64,000 nucleotides of DNA from the human T2T-CHM13v2.0 reference genome, Homo sapiens, in assembly GCF_009914755.1 (NCBI RefSeq), contig NC_060947.1, one strand, 5' to 3'. Shown here in pieces: positions 20,777-38,580 of the stretch. A model generated the notes under the pieces. That model saw nothing but the letters and a program-made list of their open reading frames with translations, made no database searches and was not told the DNA's origin. Both the position numbers and the translations under genes were made by a program. Position 1 is the first letter of the stretch. Each line of letters starts with the position of its first letter.

Positions 20777-21057
20777 AGCCAGGTGCAGTGGCTCACGCCT
20801 GTAATCTCTGCACTTTTAGAGCCCAGGCGGGTGGATCACTTAAGCCCAGGAGTTCGAGAGCAGCTTGGGCAACATAGCAAGGCCTTGTCACTACAAAATA
20901 ACAAATTTTGCCGGGCGTCATGAGATGTGCCTGTAGTCCTAGCTACTCAGGAAGCCGAGGTGGAAGGATTGCTTAAGCCCAGGAGGCTGAGGCTGCACTG
21001 AGCCAAAATGCACCACTGCACTCCAACCTGGGTGATAGAGTGAGACCTTGTCTCAAA

Positions 21058-21088
<31 letters not shown>

Positions 21089-21090
21089 AT
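20777..21090 (+). mobile_element. AluJ-type element with (AAAT)n tail
   Basis: Dimeric Alu with J-type positions (GCCCAGGAGTTCGAG, GGGCAACATAG, GGATTGCTT..GCCCAGGAGG); highly diverged. Confidence 0.9.
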
Positions 21091-22227
21091 GAATGGAGAA
21101 TTCTATTAAAAAATACATTCACAGCAACATTTGGACTGATGTTTGAAGAACTGTTTACTTATAGCTTAGCCACATTGATAAATAAAGTTAATCATCACAA
21201 TAGTAAATGAACTACTTAATATTATTTTCTCTTATCTGTACTTTAAATAAAATAAGAATGGTTGCCAAACTGAAAAAAAAAAGAATTTATAGGAGCAAGT
21301 TTAAAAACCCTAGATTGCTGTGAATAGGGCACTAAGGGAGACTCTGGGGAGGGCTCAGAAGAAAAGAAGACTAGAGAAAGTCTGGAACTTCTTAGGGATT
21401 ACTTAAGTGGTTGTGATCACAATGCTGGTAGAAATATGGACGTTAAAGTCCATTCTGACAAACTCTCAGATGGAAATGAGAAACAACTTATTGGAAACTG
21501 TAGTAAATGGCATCCTTGTTACACAGTTGCAACGAACTTGGCAGAATTGTGTCCATGTCCTAGGATTTTATGGAATGCAGAAAATGATGAACTAGGATAT
21601 CTGGCAGAAGAAATATCTAAGAAGCATAGCATTCAGGATGATGATTGGCTACTTTTAACCACATAAAGTGAGATGCAAAAGGAAAGAAATGACTTAAAGA
21701 TGAAATTCATAATTAAAAGAGAGTAGCGGAACAGAAAGATTTGGAAAATCTGCAGCCTGCCACATAAAAACTGAAAAAGCTTGCAAGAGTGTGGCCAAGT
21801 GACCATTTGTTAAAGAGATTGGTAGGGCTAGAAGGGAGCCAGGTGCTAGCCATCAGAACAATGGGAGAAAAATCCCGAAAGCACTTTGGATATTTTTTAC
21901 TCTGCCCCTTCCATCAGGGGCCCAGAGCTCTCAAGGGCAGAATGGTTTGGGGGAACAGGCCTGGGTGGCCTCCAAAAGTTCACTGCCCTGTGCAACCTCA
22001 GGATACTGCTCCCCACGTTCTGGAGCTTTGTCCCCTAGTTTGCCCCAGCTGGATTTCAAGCGGCCCAAGGTGTGCCTCAATCTCCCACTCTGGAAGTTAC
22101 AAGCCATTAAGCTTGGCTACATCCACATGGTACTAATCCTGCAGGCCCAAAGAATGCAAGAACTGTGGGGGTATGAGGGTATGATAGTCTCCACTTAGAT
22201 TTCAAAAGAAGTATCAAACAGCCTGGG

Positions 22228-22855
22228 CCCCTTTGTTTTGGCCATTTTCTCCCATTTGGAATGGGTGTATTTACCCAATGCCTGTACCTCCATTGTATCT
22301 AGGAAGTAACTAACTTGCTTTTGATTTTACAGTCTCATAGGAAGAAGGGACTTGCCTTGTCTCAGATAAAACTTTGGAGTTGGACTTTTGGGTTAATGCT
22401 GGAATGAGCTAAGACTCTGGAGGACTGTTGGAAGGGCATGATTGTGTTTTAAAATGTGAGGACATGAGATTTGGTAGGGGAAGGTCACAGAATGATATGG
22501 TTTGGCTGTGTCCCCACCCAAATCTCATCTTGTAGTTCCCATAATCCCCACGTGTCATGTGAGGGACCCACTGGGAGGTAATTGAATCATGGGGGCAGTT
22601 ACCCCTATGCTATTCTCGTGATAGTAAGTTTTCACAGGATCTGATTGTTTTATAAGGGGTTTCCCCCTTTGCTTGGTTCTCGTTTTTCTCTCTCTAGCTG
22701 CCATGTGAAGAAGGACGTATTTGCTACCCTTTCTGCCATGATTGTAAGATTCCTGAGTCTTCCCCAGCCATACTGAGCTGTGAGTCAATTAAATCTCTTT
22801 CCTTTATAAATTACCCAGTATGTCTTTATTAGCAGTGTGAGAATGGACTAATATA
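22228..22855 (+). mobile_element. THE1 (C/D-like) 3' internal segment + 3' LTR (22493-22855) nested in the MST internal region
   Basis: TGATATGGTTTGGCTGTGTCCCCACCCAAATCTCATCTTG..GAATGGACTAATA, preceded by THE1-type internal sequence and a polypurine tract. Confidence 0.85.
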
Positions 22856-23269
22856 GTGCTGAAATAAATTAAGGCTTTAAGGCTATTTGGATGGAATGAA
22901 TGTCTTTTGTATGTAAAAAGGACATGATTTGGGGGTATCCAGGGGCAGAATTCTGTGGTTTGAATACCCCCACCCAAAACTCATGTTGACATTTAATTCT
23001 CAATGCAACAGTGTTGGGAAGTGAGGCCTAATTGGAGGTATTTAGGTCATGAGGGCCTTACAGATGCCAGACACCATGCCACTGGACTTCCTAGCCTCTA
23101 GAACCATTAGCTAAATAAACTTCTTTCCTTTATAAATCACTCAGTCTCTGATATTTTGTTATAATCACACAAAATAGACTAAGACAGCCTCCCTAAAACC
23201 TTTTCCATATGAAAATTTCACTTTTCCATATGAAACACTCCTTCAATTCCCCTTAAAAGATAACACCCA

Positions 23270-23680
23270 AGCTCCTTATCATGATACATGAGACCCTTCA
23301 TGATCTGGCCCAATCTCAATTTCCAGCCTCCCTCTTACCCTCACATATGCTTCCCAAACTCATCGTCCTCTTTTATGCTTCTGTGCCTTTGCAAATGATA
23401 TACCCTCTGCATTTCAATTTGGCAAACTCCTATTCACCCAGTAAGACTCACATCAAATATCACCTGCTCTGAGAAGCCTCCCTTGAGCAATTATTTTATA
23501 TAAATGAATATCTCCTTCCTTTTCTGTTCCTCTAATACATTGTGCATAAGTCAACGGAAGCACCTGACAAAGTATACTGTCTCCCTTATTGGACTGTGAG
23601 CTCTTCAAGAGTAACTTGTATATACCCTGTACTTGGCATAGTAGCTGGCGTATAGGAACATTTGATAAATGATTATGGGA
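23270..23680 (+). mobile_element. L2 fragment
   Basis: CATGATCTGGCCC..CTCCTATTCACC..GACTGTGAGCTC..TTGGCATAGTAG. Confidence 0.65.
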
Positions 23681-25349
23681 AAATGACAGGTTTAATTTAA
23701 TCAAGAGAAGATATATTCTAATTACAGAGATAAAGATAAGCAAAAGTCAAGTCAGCAAATACATGTATGTAGGTACACACACATGTCAATGTCACTCATC
23801 TCAACTCACCCTAGGTAACTTTTTATTCCTGAAATCTGAGATATTAATGTTGGCAACATCTGAAAATGAGGACATCTCACTCAGTGATGTGGTAATAACA
23901 TTGTGCCAGATGAGTTACATCCAACAAAGCCAAAACATTAAATACATGGCCAGGTGTCAAAACCTCAACTGACCCTGATCCTTTATGAGTGATACAGAAT
24001 GATAAAGATCATCAATGTCTCTGGAGTCCCAGCTAAAAGTCTCAGATCACATAAGTGATAACTGCACTGATAAGCCATAAGATTGATTCAGAAATAAATA
24101 TGGCATCATTCATCAGCCCACAAAGTCAGACACATTCCACTTAGCAAAAATGTGGGACAATGTGTTAATGTATATGCCACATTCTGCTTTAAAAGAAAAA
24201 AGCATAGGACTCCTTTCAAACAGTAAAGTATAAGTGCTGTGGATTAATAATTTGCAAACTATAACAATGCAACTTTACCAGAATATAAATGCCAATATCT
24301 ATTCTTTCAAAAATCATACAATTGTAGTTAAAGAGAAGACATCATATTTCACAAATATAAGACTCTGGAGTTCAAAATGAAAACTAGGATACTACTTCAC
24401 ACTCAAATGGATAAATATGAGAGAATGGTTTATAGATGCATGCTATTTCATTTAAAACCTTTCATGAACCCAGTGATTTTTCAAGACAGTTTCATACTTA
24501 ATAGTCAAGATGCCAAGTCTCCAAATCCAAGCAAGTGTTATGTAAACAGAATTGTGGATGTTTCATCAATACAACCATTCGATCAAGGTTTAATAAGGTG
24601 CAGGTTTGGGTACCCTATAATTATGAGTGGCCTGTAGGTATATCAGATAAAATTCCAAAACCTAACTCTCTTTCTACCTAGATCTTTCAGAAAGTCAATT
24701 TGAAATACATTTAGTATTTTTAAATATATCATTTTTTTATTTTACAACAAAAAGCTGACACTCTTCTCCATAATAAATAACAATTTTTATTACTTCCCTA
24801 CCTTATGTATAGCAACAAGTATATGTTTATGTTAGGTAAATGTTGAGGGGGAAAAAGAGGGCTGTTGAAGAAAAAATACAGTAAAAGGTCTTCTACATAA
24901 AGCTAAAATAATTAAAACACAAATTATACATTCTTTACAGATAGCTACAAATGTAATAGCAATATTAAAACATTCATGAAAGTTATTCACGCCAAATTCA
25001 GAAACTTGGTCCCCTCCAGGCAAGAAGGAAGGGAATATCAGTGAGGGATACACAAGGAGCTTTAACTGCATCAGTAATGTTTTACTAAGCTAAGTGGTGG
25101 GTCCATGAGTACCCCCTGGATTATTCACCATAGCATCCAATTTTGTATCTGAAATACATCTAGTAATTTTTAAAATCCATGCTAGTAGTCATTCCTTGTA
25201 TTTCTTTTATAGGACATAACTGAAAATATAAGATGCTCATGCCCATGTTGTTGAACTGAGAGGCATTCTTTCTTAGTAAAGAGAAATGTATCAAGATATG
25301 AAGTCTGAAGTTACTGCTGTAATGGAGTAGACAGTGTTCTGATTACAAA

Positions 25350-25580
25350 TAAAGAATATTAACAGCCAAAATTTATCCAACACTTACTATGTACCAGGCA
25401 CTGTGTTAAGCACTTTACACAAATTATCTTCTTTAATCTTCATAAAAGCCCACAACAGGAGGTACTAGTATCATTCATGTTTCATGGAGAATGAAGCTGA
25501 TGATCCAAGAGATTAGGGAAGTTGTGCAAGGTCACACACCTCATAAGGGTTGAGCAGACATTTGATTCCAACCCCAACTC
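25350..25580 (-). mobile_element. MIR SINE
   Basis: CACTTACTATGTACCAGGCACTGTGTTAAGCACTTTAC..CAAGGTCACAC. Confidence 0.75.
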
Positions 25581-25844
25581 CCCATTTATCTCTTGCTCTT
25601 CACCACCTCTTCATGCTATCTTCCCAAATATCCAATGCTAGAGCATAAGGTGCCTTTCTATGAATTAGAAAAAGGTAATCCCTCTGGAAGAGTGCAGCTC
25701 CTCATCAGCTGCCAAAAGCACTGTCTGAATATCAGCCTCACTGACCCCGAGGGCCAGACATCCCTGTACAATGGCCCTGTCTCCAGCTCCCCTTGCTTAT
25801 CTCTGGCCTAGGCACCTCTTTTATCCCCTGCTTGCTTGCTTGTA

Positions 25845-25989
25845 TTTTTTAAAGAGACAGGATCTTGCTCTGTTGCCCAAGCTGGGGTACAGAGGTGCAA
25901 TCACAGCTTGAACTCCTGGTCTCAAGGGATCCTCCTGCCTCAGCCTCCCAAAGAGCTAGGATTACAGGCATAAGCCACTGCGTCTGGCC
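25845..25989 (-). mobile_element. Alu monomer (FLAM/AluJ fragment)
   Basis: GAGACAGGATCTTGCTCTGTTGCCCA..CCTCCTGCCTCAGCCTCCCAAAG..GGATTACAGGCAT..GGCC. Confidence 0.8.
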
Positions 25990-26599
25990 CTGCTTTCTAC
26001 CTAGAACCCAGAAATTCCTTTCATGAATTCGGCCTGATTGGACTACAAACGATTGTTCAAAATGCCTTGGGAACTACAATGTCCCTAGGTATCAAAGAAT
26101 ACTCCAGATGCCTCATCAGTGAGCCACCAGGATCAGTGAGAGCCTCTAAAAGAGATCAAGTTCATTGTCCCTAGATAAGCCTGCCTTTTTCGGTGCCCAA
26201 CCATGACAGCAAGAGGCCAGTTTCCCTCTCCCAGCAGCATGGAGGGCAAAGGCCTGGGTTTTTGGTGGAGCACATGAATCTTTTCAGGGCAGTGGCTTTC
26301 AAACTGCATTTGCTGAACTACAAAGGGTTCAAAGAGGTACCTCAGGAGCCATCACGAAATTGCAGGATTTCAAGGGAACAAGCAGGCTTGGATCCAAGCC
26401 CAATTCCCACCTGAACTCCATGCAGCTTGGCCCTTATCTTTCATGGAGTTTGCGTAAGATTTCCTTTGAAACAAAGAGACCTATTGTGAAAACCACAGCA
26501 TTAATTAAAGTATAAAAACCATTCCCCCTAAATCCTTTCAGTCCACCCTCTGTCTTGCCCAGACTCTCTCTAAGCCCCAAACACTGTTTCTTTACGTAT

Positions 26600-27600
26600 T
26601 TTAGTTCCATTGCCACCCTACCACTCAGCAAGCTAAGCCTTTCTCATTTATGCTAATGCATCCTCCTCACCACTGCTAGCATGATATTTCTAAAAGCACA
26701 CATCACAATTGTTTCCTGCATACAGCCCTTGAAGTTGAAACCACCCAGCCAGGCCTACTAGTTCTGCTGGGATCTGGTCTTTGCCCTCTTCCTAGCTTGG
26801 TCTCTTGCTACCCAATTCCCAGATACCTGCATTCTCTACATCACAGTAATTGCCATTCTTCAGCATAACATTCCCTCATAGACCACTGGGACTTTGCAGG
26901 TGCTATTCTTTCTGCCTGAAATGTCCTTTCCCAACCTATTCCCTGGGGAATTCATATCCATCCTTCAAGGTTCAGCAAAATGTCATCACTTTCATGCAAG
27001 CTTCCTTGACGATGCTCCAGCTTTCACACCTTGGCAGCTTAGCGGCTCCCTCCTCAAGGCCTCCAACCATCCTGCACTCATGTTTCTTGCCACAATATGC
27101 TATAAATATCTGTTCGTGACACTGCCTAGCTAATTCTCTGGATATGTCTTAGCACTACCTATAAAGTCCCAAAGACATTGGCCTGACATTCAAGGCTGTC
27201 CCTACCAATCTAGCTTCAACTTATATTGCTAACCTGACCTCCCGTCATTTCCCTTCCCAAGCCTCAGACTCCAAGAAAAAAGTGCGTTCTGTTAGCCAAC
27301 ACATCACATGATTTCTCAACTATGTGACAGCTGCCTCCATCTCCTCCCATCTCTTCATGTGCAGATCCTACCTATCTGCCAAAGTCCAGCTCTGATTGTC
27401 CTCTTCCAGGAAGCCTTCCCTGAGTCCCTTAGCAGGAATAAATTTCCTCCCTTCTGAATTCCCACAGGGCCTTGATAATGTCTTTATGCTTGACTTATCC
27501 TGAGCAGCCAACTGGATTATGAGAACCTAGCAAGTAAGGTTGTGCCCTATTCATCTTAGTGTCCCCAGAGCTGACAGCATATTCTTATGCTGAAAGAATA
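26600..27600 (+). mobile_element. Degraded L2 fragments
   Basis: TGCCTGAAATGTCCTTTCCC, ATCCTTCAAGGTTCAGC and CTCTTCCAGGAAGCCTTCCCTGA motifs. Confidence 0.55.
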
Positions 27601-29724
27601 AGGATGCATTCTTGGGGCTACTTTTAAAAGAAGAATCCGTATTAGAAACATGAGAAATACAAATTCTACTTTTTTTTCCTTTTGCCTCCTTAAGAAAACT
27701 ATTATTAGATGCCTAATTTATTTTAGGTTGTACAACAGAGTACCCAAAAATGCTGAAAAAACTTGTGAAAGAAACAAGTGCAAGAGAACAGGGGAAAGAG
27801 AATACCTCTTGATGGCTTCTGATGGGAGGTTCTAATCCAACCCTCTACTGTATGCTCTTAGGCTATAATCTTCCTTCAACAGAAATGGGATGTGAACAGA
27901 TCCTATGCCCCAGTCAGGGCTCTGCCCTGCTGTCTTGTTTGTCTGCCTGCTTGTCTCCCTACCTCCTGTAGTAATGACTTTCATTTTGTAAAAAGAAAAA
28001 AAAATCAATTTAATTTCTAAATTGGATGCTTTTTCTAAAATATATAAGCATTAATAACAAATCAGCATGCCCATTTTCAACAGCTTCCTGAGTAGGCCTG
28101 AGGACTTATCACAGATATGTGAAAGAGTGTGCTAATTGTTTTCTTTTCAATGTGTGATTTACAAATGAATGAATAAGTTAGAATGCTAATGACTTTATAC
28201 AAGAAAACAATGGATTATCTTCTCTACTTTGTGATTATGATATTGCTTTGACATGCAGCTTATTCATAAACTTTTCAAGAGTAAAGGATGTCCATTCTTC
28301 TATGATTTTCCTTTATAAACATTCAAGTTGCTTCGATGTGACTGGTTCTTTCTTTCCTGCAAAAATTTTAAAAACTGAAAAAAATACCTTGAATGTGTTT
28401 TGTCCCCAGTGGGTCCTCAGTAAATATAGTTGTTTAAAACTAACTTCATCAAGATATGATTTCAACATAAAAACTCAAATATGACTCTATATTTCTACTT
28501 TATTTGCATTAAATTCCCCGCTGCTCCATAAAATTCCCATATACTTTCACAAATATTTGAAATGATGTTAAGATGTTTTAACTCGTAAATATCAGGACCC
28601 AAAACCAATCTGAGTGAAAAGTTACATGTGATGAATTTGATAGCTCTTGAGCTATTCCTGCAGCAGGTTGTAAGGCCAGTTAACTCTTTCTGGCCAGCAG
28701 GTCATCTGGGGAGATGACAATCAGCCCTGCCAACAGCCTTGTTTCCTGATTCAAATATGGGGCTTGCGTCCAAACTCCTACTCACATTGGCTTACACTTT
28801 CCATTTCTTCCTTCCTCTTGCCCTCTCTTCATTTTCTACCCGTGCATAATCCAGCTTCCACTTTCCTAGCTCTTAGCACACACCAGGTATTCGATCCATC
28901 CTAGGATTCCGAGGTTCTGGTCAACCTTTGCACAAAGCTCTAAAGACAAAAATCTTTAAAGGAGAAACAAGATCAACTTTCCACTATTGATAGATATCAG
29001 AAAGCTCTGAGGACAGTTTAGGTAGTATTTCACCAAACCCTATGGCAGAACTCTGCAATCTCAAATTAATCTTTATATTCATGTTCCAACAGTCAGAACA
29101 CACTGGCAGATACAGATTTTCTCAAATCAGGATACAAATTTTACATAATACCTGATTAGGCTAGAAAACTTGTAAATTTTATTACCCATGATGCTTTTTA
29201 TATCCTGAGCCAAGAACCAAAAGAGACTTTAATTTCCAGATTTATATTAGACATACACCAACCTCCAGCTGACTTCCACTATCAGACACTAAACAAATAT
29301 TTGTCAAGCATATATTACAAGCTAGGTACTAAGGAAGATTCAAAGGCAGTATAAAACCTGGCTGGCCCTCAATCCTCAGAGAGATTATAATATAGTTAGA
29401 GAAACAAAATATCTACAAATTTTAAAAGTTAATTACCAATCTAAGGCAATTTGCAAGTGCCAACGAATACCAGTGTCAAAAGAATAACATAGGAAGTGAT
29501 TCCTTGACAAACCCAAAAGGACAGAAATATCTGTTTTGAAAGAAAAGAATTCAGAGGCAATATGGTGTGCTACAAGAAATCAGAAGATCTGGACTTTAGT
29601 CCCAGCTGAGCTGCTGGCTACGTCTTGGGCCATTAACCAGCATTTTAACCTCCCTGGCTCTAAACTGTCTCTTCTAGAAATTGATACAAAACAACCTGCC
29701 TCACCTGTCTCATCAGATAGCTCT

Positions 29725-34540
<4,816 letters not shown>

Positions 34541-35517
34541 CTCATTAGATAGTTCTGAAGAGCAAGCAATAAGATCAATGGAAATTACTTCTAGAAGCTA
34601 TACTTGGCTATGCCAAAAAACCTTGAGCAGGTCCTTTACACTCTCCAGGACTGAGTTCATCAACTGTAGAAAGAATGGCCAGATGATCTCTGAGGTCACT
34701 GAGTGTAGGAAGATAGAAAATGGAAAGAAAGGATATGAATGATATCACTTGCACCATACTGCCAGAGGGAATTTGCAAACATCAGTATTTCTGTCCATTC
34801 AGGTCTAATAGCCTCAGAGAAAATGCTGCCAAGTATATGATTATTTCCATGCGAACACTACACCAATCCCATCACAAACTTAGAGCCAAAGCCCACACTC
34901 CACATCACCATGTCACATAAGGAATTTTTGCATTATTTCAGTTTGAAACTCTCCATGTAAACCTCAAGTGAGGGTAAGGCAGATTCAGATTGTGATTATG
35001 AGAGACAAGATATCTCAAGAGCCAGTTCTTCATCTAAGGTCTTTAAACAAACATCAAACAAGTTATGCGTAGAAAAACAATACACCATATGTTTCATGTG
35101 GTCTCAATCTGCATAATTTGGGAGTCAGGTCTATAATAATAATTTTGGTGTGAGGTTTGTAATCACAGTCAATTTCTTTTTTCCTCTCTGTCACAAACTG
35201 ATTCCAGTTATCTTCCTACTTTATCTTTTGATTGCAGAAAAGAATAAGGGATTAAACTGGACATCAGTGTTCTATAATAGATCTTTTATATATTTCTTTT
35301 CTTATCTTAAAATTATTGACTCAGTGAAAGGAAAGAAGGAAAGAGAAAGAAAATCTACATAATGGACTCTTGCTTTTAAAAATACATTTATAAATTGCAA
35401 GCCGGCAAGATCAATAACTAACACATGAAGGTGATTCCATAACACAAGTGACTTTTTAACAATAGTTTCACCTTATAGAACATTTAACTCTATGGCCAAT
35501 ATTCCATGATACTGCCT

Positions 35518-35562
35518 ATTACTTTTAATGGCAAAACCGCAATTAATTTTGCACCAACTTAA
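35518..35562. mobile_element. Half MADE1 (right TIR and spacer)
   Basis: ATTACTTTTAATGGCAAAACCGCAATTAATTTTGCACCAACTTAA. Confidence 0.85.
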
Positions 35563-35839
35563 TATCTCACAGTGGACTAGTAAAGCAACACACCCCAATG
35601 TGGTCCCTTCTTATTTTAGTACTTTGTTCACTCTCCCATTACATGTCTTCAAACTTTTCATAACTTCCCCTGAGTTGATGGCAATTTTCCCATTCGAAGA
35701 ATCATTCTTTCATTTTCTTAGAAGATGCCTCTCTTTTCGCAAAAAATCAGTTTTCATTTTATTTCATTTTATTTCTGCTCCTACAGTATGAGTCAAATAC
35801 TCTTGTGATTCCAGGACATTAAAAAAAAAAAACATGCAG

Positions 35840-36400
35840 AGGAATTGGATTCACTTCTCAGCTCAGCTACTTCTTAGCAGTATGAGCGTAGAGAAATTGC
35901 TTAACAGCTCTATGCCTTAGTTTATCAACTAAACTCATAATCTCACTTTCATAATCTCTTAGTTCATAATCTCACAAATTATGTGAGATGGGGAATATAA
36001 CAGAAACAACCTCACAAGATTGCTATGAGGATTAAACCTGCCTCATATGAGAGAAGCACTTTGCAAATAGCAAATAGCTGATTGTATGTTTTAACACATG
36101 CATCTACCTGGAGTATGAGAGTATCTTGGACTGGTCTGACTCATTTCTGTATCCCCAGCATCCAATGCTGAGTAAGACCCAAAACAGACACTTAATAAAT
36201 GTTTGTTGAAGGCATGAATGACTCGTCAGTCATTTAACTGTATGGTCAATAAAGGAAGGCACTCCTTGGGTGTCCCCATAGTATGCCAAAAGCAGGGACC
36301 ATGTCCTGTGTATCTCTGTGTCCCTAGTATCCATCATAGTGTCTGGCCCAAGGTAGTCAGTTACATAAATTTCAACTGATGAATTAATGAATAATCCAGT
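35840..36400 (+). mobile_element. MIR followed by L2 3' ends
   Basis: CTCTATGCCTTAG..ACCTCACAAGATTGCTATGAGGATTAAA; CTGTATCCCCAGCA..TAATAAATGTTTGTTGAA. Confidence 0.65.
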
Positions 36401-37419
36401 GAGGATACACCATTACTAACACCTCAGGTTCACTTTTACTTTCATTCCCAGGTCCCCCTACCCTCCCACTTTGACTTTAATTTCCACTCACCTACTGCTT
36501 TTATCATAAAGCCTTCCTTGACATACCCCACCCTTGGCATGTCTCCTCTGAATGCCTCCCACACGCACAAAATAGACAGCTTAGCTTTATATTTTATACT
36601 CTTCCAAGCTGCTCACCACCACTGCAGATATAACATCTGAGATCATCAATTAGAATGCAAATTCTTTGGGGGCAAAGGCCATGCATCATCAATCTGTCAA
36701 ATTTTCTACAATGACTGGCATCATACTGGGCACTAAGCTAAATGATGATCTTCTGGAACTTACATACCCTAAAGGTATTCCATGCACAAATTGCTCTGAG
36801 CTGGGTAGCTACTGTAAGAATTCTATCATCCAGAGTCCTCAAAAATTGAGTTTTCTGAAATATTACAAATTATTTTTTTCTTAGTTCTGTTTCTCTCTGT
36901 ATGAAAAAAAACCCTCATTCTAACATATAACATATATTTCTTTTACTTTTCAAGTGGAGGCTCACAAACATGATTTGGCTACCTTATATGCCTCAGTAAT
37001 TACAATTGGCTGTACACACAACTGAAGATGGAGATGATGATGTGCGCAATAGGGCTGCCTGATTTAACTGGTGACTGTGTGTGGTCACAGTCCCCGATCT
37101 AAACTGTACAGGTTGGCACACTGACCCCCTCCCCAAAGGACAACTGCACTATGGGTTGCTGACCTATATCCCTGCCTCCAAATACATCCAGAAAATAAAA
37201 GAACCCTACATCTGTGTTGCTCTCAGGTGCCATTCAGTTCAATAGTTATCTGCTGCACTATTCCTACGTGCCAGGTACTACATGAAAGAGAACAGTTCCA
37301 CAGTTTACTGAAGGTTGAAACAAGCAGAAAAGATGACTGATAAACAAGTAACAAAATATGCCTCTTAACGGCATTTGGACAGATCACTGAAGTAGTATCA
37401 GAAAGACAAACCGATTCAT

Positions 37420-38580
37420 TTGCTCATTCATCAACCATTTACCTAAAGCAGCTCTACAGAACCGAAACCTCACAGTTCCTGCCCTCATGTGACTCACAGT
37501 CTGGTGAGAAGCAGATGTGCAATAAAATCACTAGTCCTTTAATAGAGATGTTCAAATTGCAGTGAAGCACAGGAGTACTAGCAGTTAGGTGTGCCTGGGG
37601 GCATCTCAGAAGACCTCACAAAAGGGGTAACACAGGGCATGTTCTTGATCTCAGCCATGCTCTTGATCTCAGTCTAGCTGGAGTACTGAGTTATAGGGAA
37701 CAGCTATGCCCAACACTGACCCCAACTAGCAAAGATGTACTGTCACTCTAGTTGCCTCTTCTCTTCACTTCTGCCATAGCAATCTCCAAAGCTCACCTTG
37801 GTTTTGATGACTACTTCATTCAGATGTTTAGCTCCCCACTGCAGAGAGTCCAGGCCTTTGGCCAAGTGGCAAATTGAGGGCGGTTGAGACTGACTCTAGT
37901 CTAGACCTGCAGGGAAGGAAATGAACACAAGGAAGGGCAACTCTGAAAGAGAAATCTGCCCAGCTATAGTCTGCCACTCCATGAGCATCAATGGCTTACT
38001 GCATACCATGACACTATGCTTGAATTACACTAGTCCCTGCCTTCAAGGAGCCCACAGCCTAGTGAGGGAGAGACCCATAAACAGATAATATAATGCAGTA
38101 TGATAACAGCTATAATTCAGAAACTGACTGATATAATTCAGAAATAAAGTGCTGAGATAACAGTGGGAATTATCCACTGGGAGAAGGGTGGAGAAGGTGG
38201 AGAGGGTTGATGCTTGAACAGGGTCTTGAAGGGACTGGCGGGGCTTTTCCAGTTGGATGAGGTGGGGAAGAACCTTTGCAGCAGATATTGCTGGTTCTTT
38301 ACTGAAAAAAATTCCTTCACCACCCTCTTCTCCCTCTCCAACACAACCCAGACTTTATGCAGACTATTGTTTTAGACAGAGACACTCTAGGCAGATAATC
38401 TTCATAATAAGAACTTAAGTAATAATAATAATAGCAAACACTTATATAGAGCTTACTCTGTGTCTGTCACTATTATATGTGTTGTATATATTAACTGATT
38501 TAATACACACAACAACCCAGTGAGGTAGGTACTACTCTTATCCCCATTTTACAGATGGGAAAACAAAGGCACAAGCTCTG
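37420..38580 (-). mobile_element. Cluster of L2 fragments and a MIR (38420-38580)
   Basis: GTCCCTGCCTTCAAGGAGCCCACAGCCTAG; TATCCCCATTTTACAGATGGGAAAAC. Confidence 0.6.

Larger units (their letters stand above)
20385..21199 (-). mobile_element. MLT2-family (ERVL) LTR, interrupted by L1PA2 and AluJ, within the transduced segment
   Basis: CAACTGATTGGATGAGG..TCTACTGATTTAAATG..TTCACAGCAACAT..TTAATCATCACA (reverse of the TGTGATGGTTAA LTR start). Confidence 0.7.
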
